Positions 37,493-37,803 of a stretch of 37,803 bases of DNA are shown here, in pieces. The stretch is from Octopus bimaculoides (Eukaryota), in contig NC_068987.1 of the NCBI RefSeq assembly GCF_001194135.2, positions 60,009,797 to 60,047,599 on the forward strand, in the 5' to 3' direction. The position numbers were made by a program, and so were the translations under genes. The notes under the pieces were generated by a model. The model was not told the origin of the DNA. It saw nothing but the letters and a program-made list of their open reading frames with translations, and did no database searches. The first letter of the stretch is position 1; each line of letters starts with the position of its first letter.

Positions 37493-37741
37493 CGTGAGTG
37501 ATATAGTAAATTTTAGTTAACTACTTATACATACACGCAAAAAAAATAAATAAATAAACAAGAGAACACAAACCTTCATTGACTGACTGACTTGCTCTCT
37601 CCTCCTCACACGCACACATAAAAGACATGTATGCATATGTATTTATGTATGTACGTGTATATGAAATATAATGGATGTACGTATGTGTTTGTGTGCGTGT
37701 ATAACTGACCCTCGTCATTTTACACATACATCACAACACTC

Positions 37742-37758
37742 CCCTCTCTCTCTCTCTA

Positions 37759-37803
<45 letters not shown>
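37742..37803. repeat. (CT)n microsatellite
   Basis: Seen directly. Confidence 0.95.

Overview
Eukaryotic, AT-rich, microsatellite-dense DNA from a gapped scaffold (7 N-runs, about 2.45 kb). Its tRNA-derived SINEs look like those of Octopus (coleoid cephalopod); this is pattern recognition, not a database result. There is no complete protein-coding gene, rRNA, tRNA gene or CRISPR array, and the ORF track mostly reflects microsatellites and N-runs. The window reads as intronic/intergenic DNA with decayed mobile elements: two L1/Tx1-type RT fragments, an RTE LINE, two restriction-like-endonuclease (RLE) non-LTR fragments, a Penelope GIY-YIG fragment, a small non-autonomous Helitron and about 14 SINE copies of three families. 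A few unconfirmed candidate exons do not join into a phase-consistent model. The most interesting leads are a Tx1-type region headed by (TAACCC)4 telomeric repeats, the Helitron with two abutting palindromes, a near-identical inverted SINE pair (possible dsRNA/ADAR substrate), and a kB/CRE/GC-box cluster beside two divergent candidate exons. I found no convincing novel multi-gene system.
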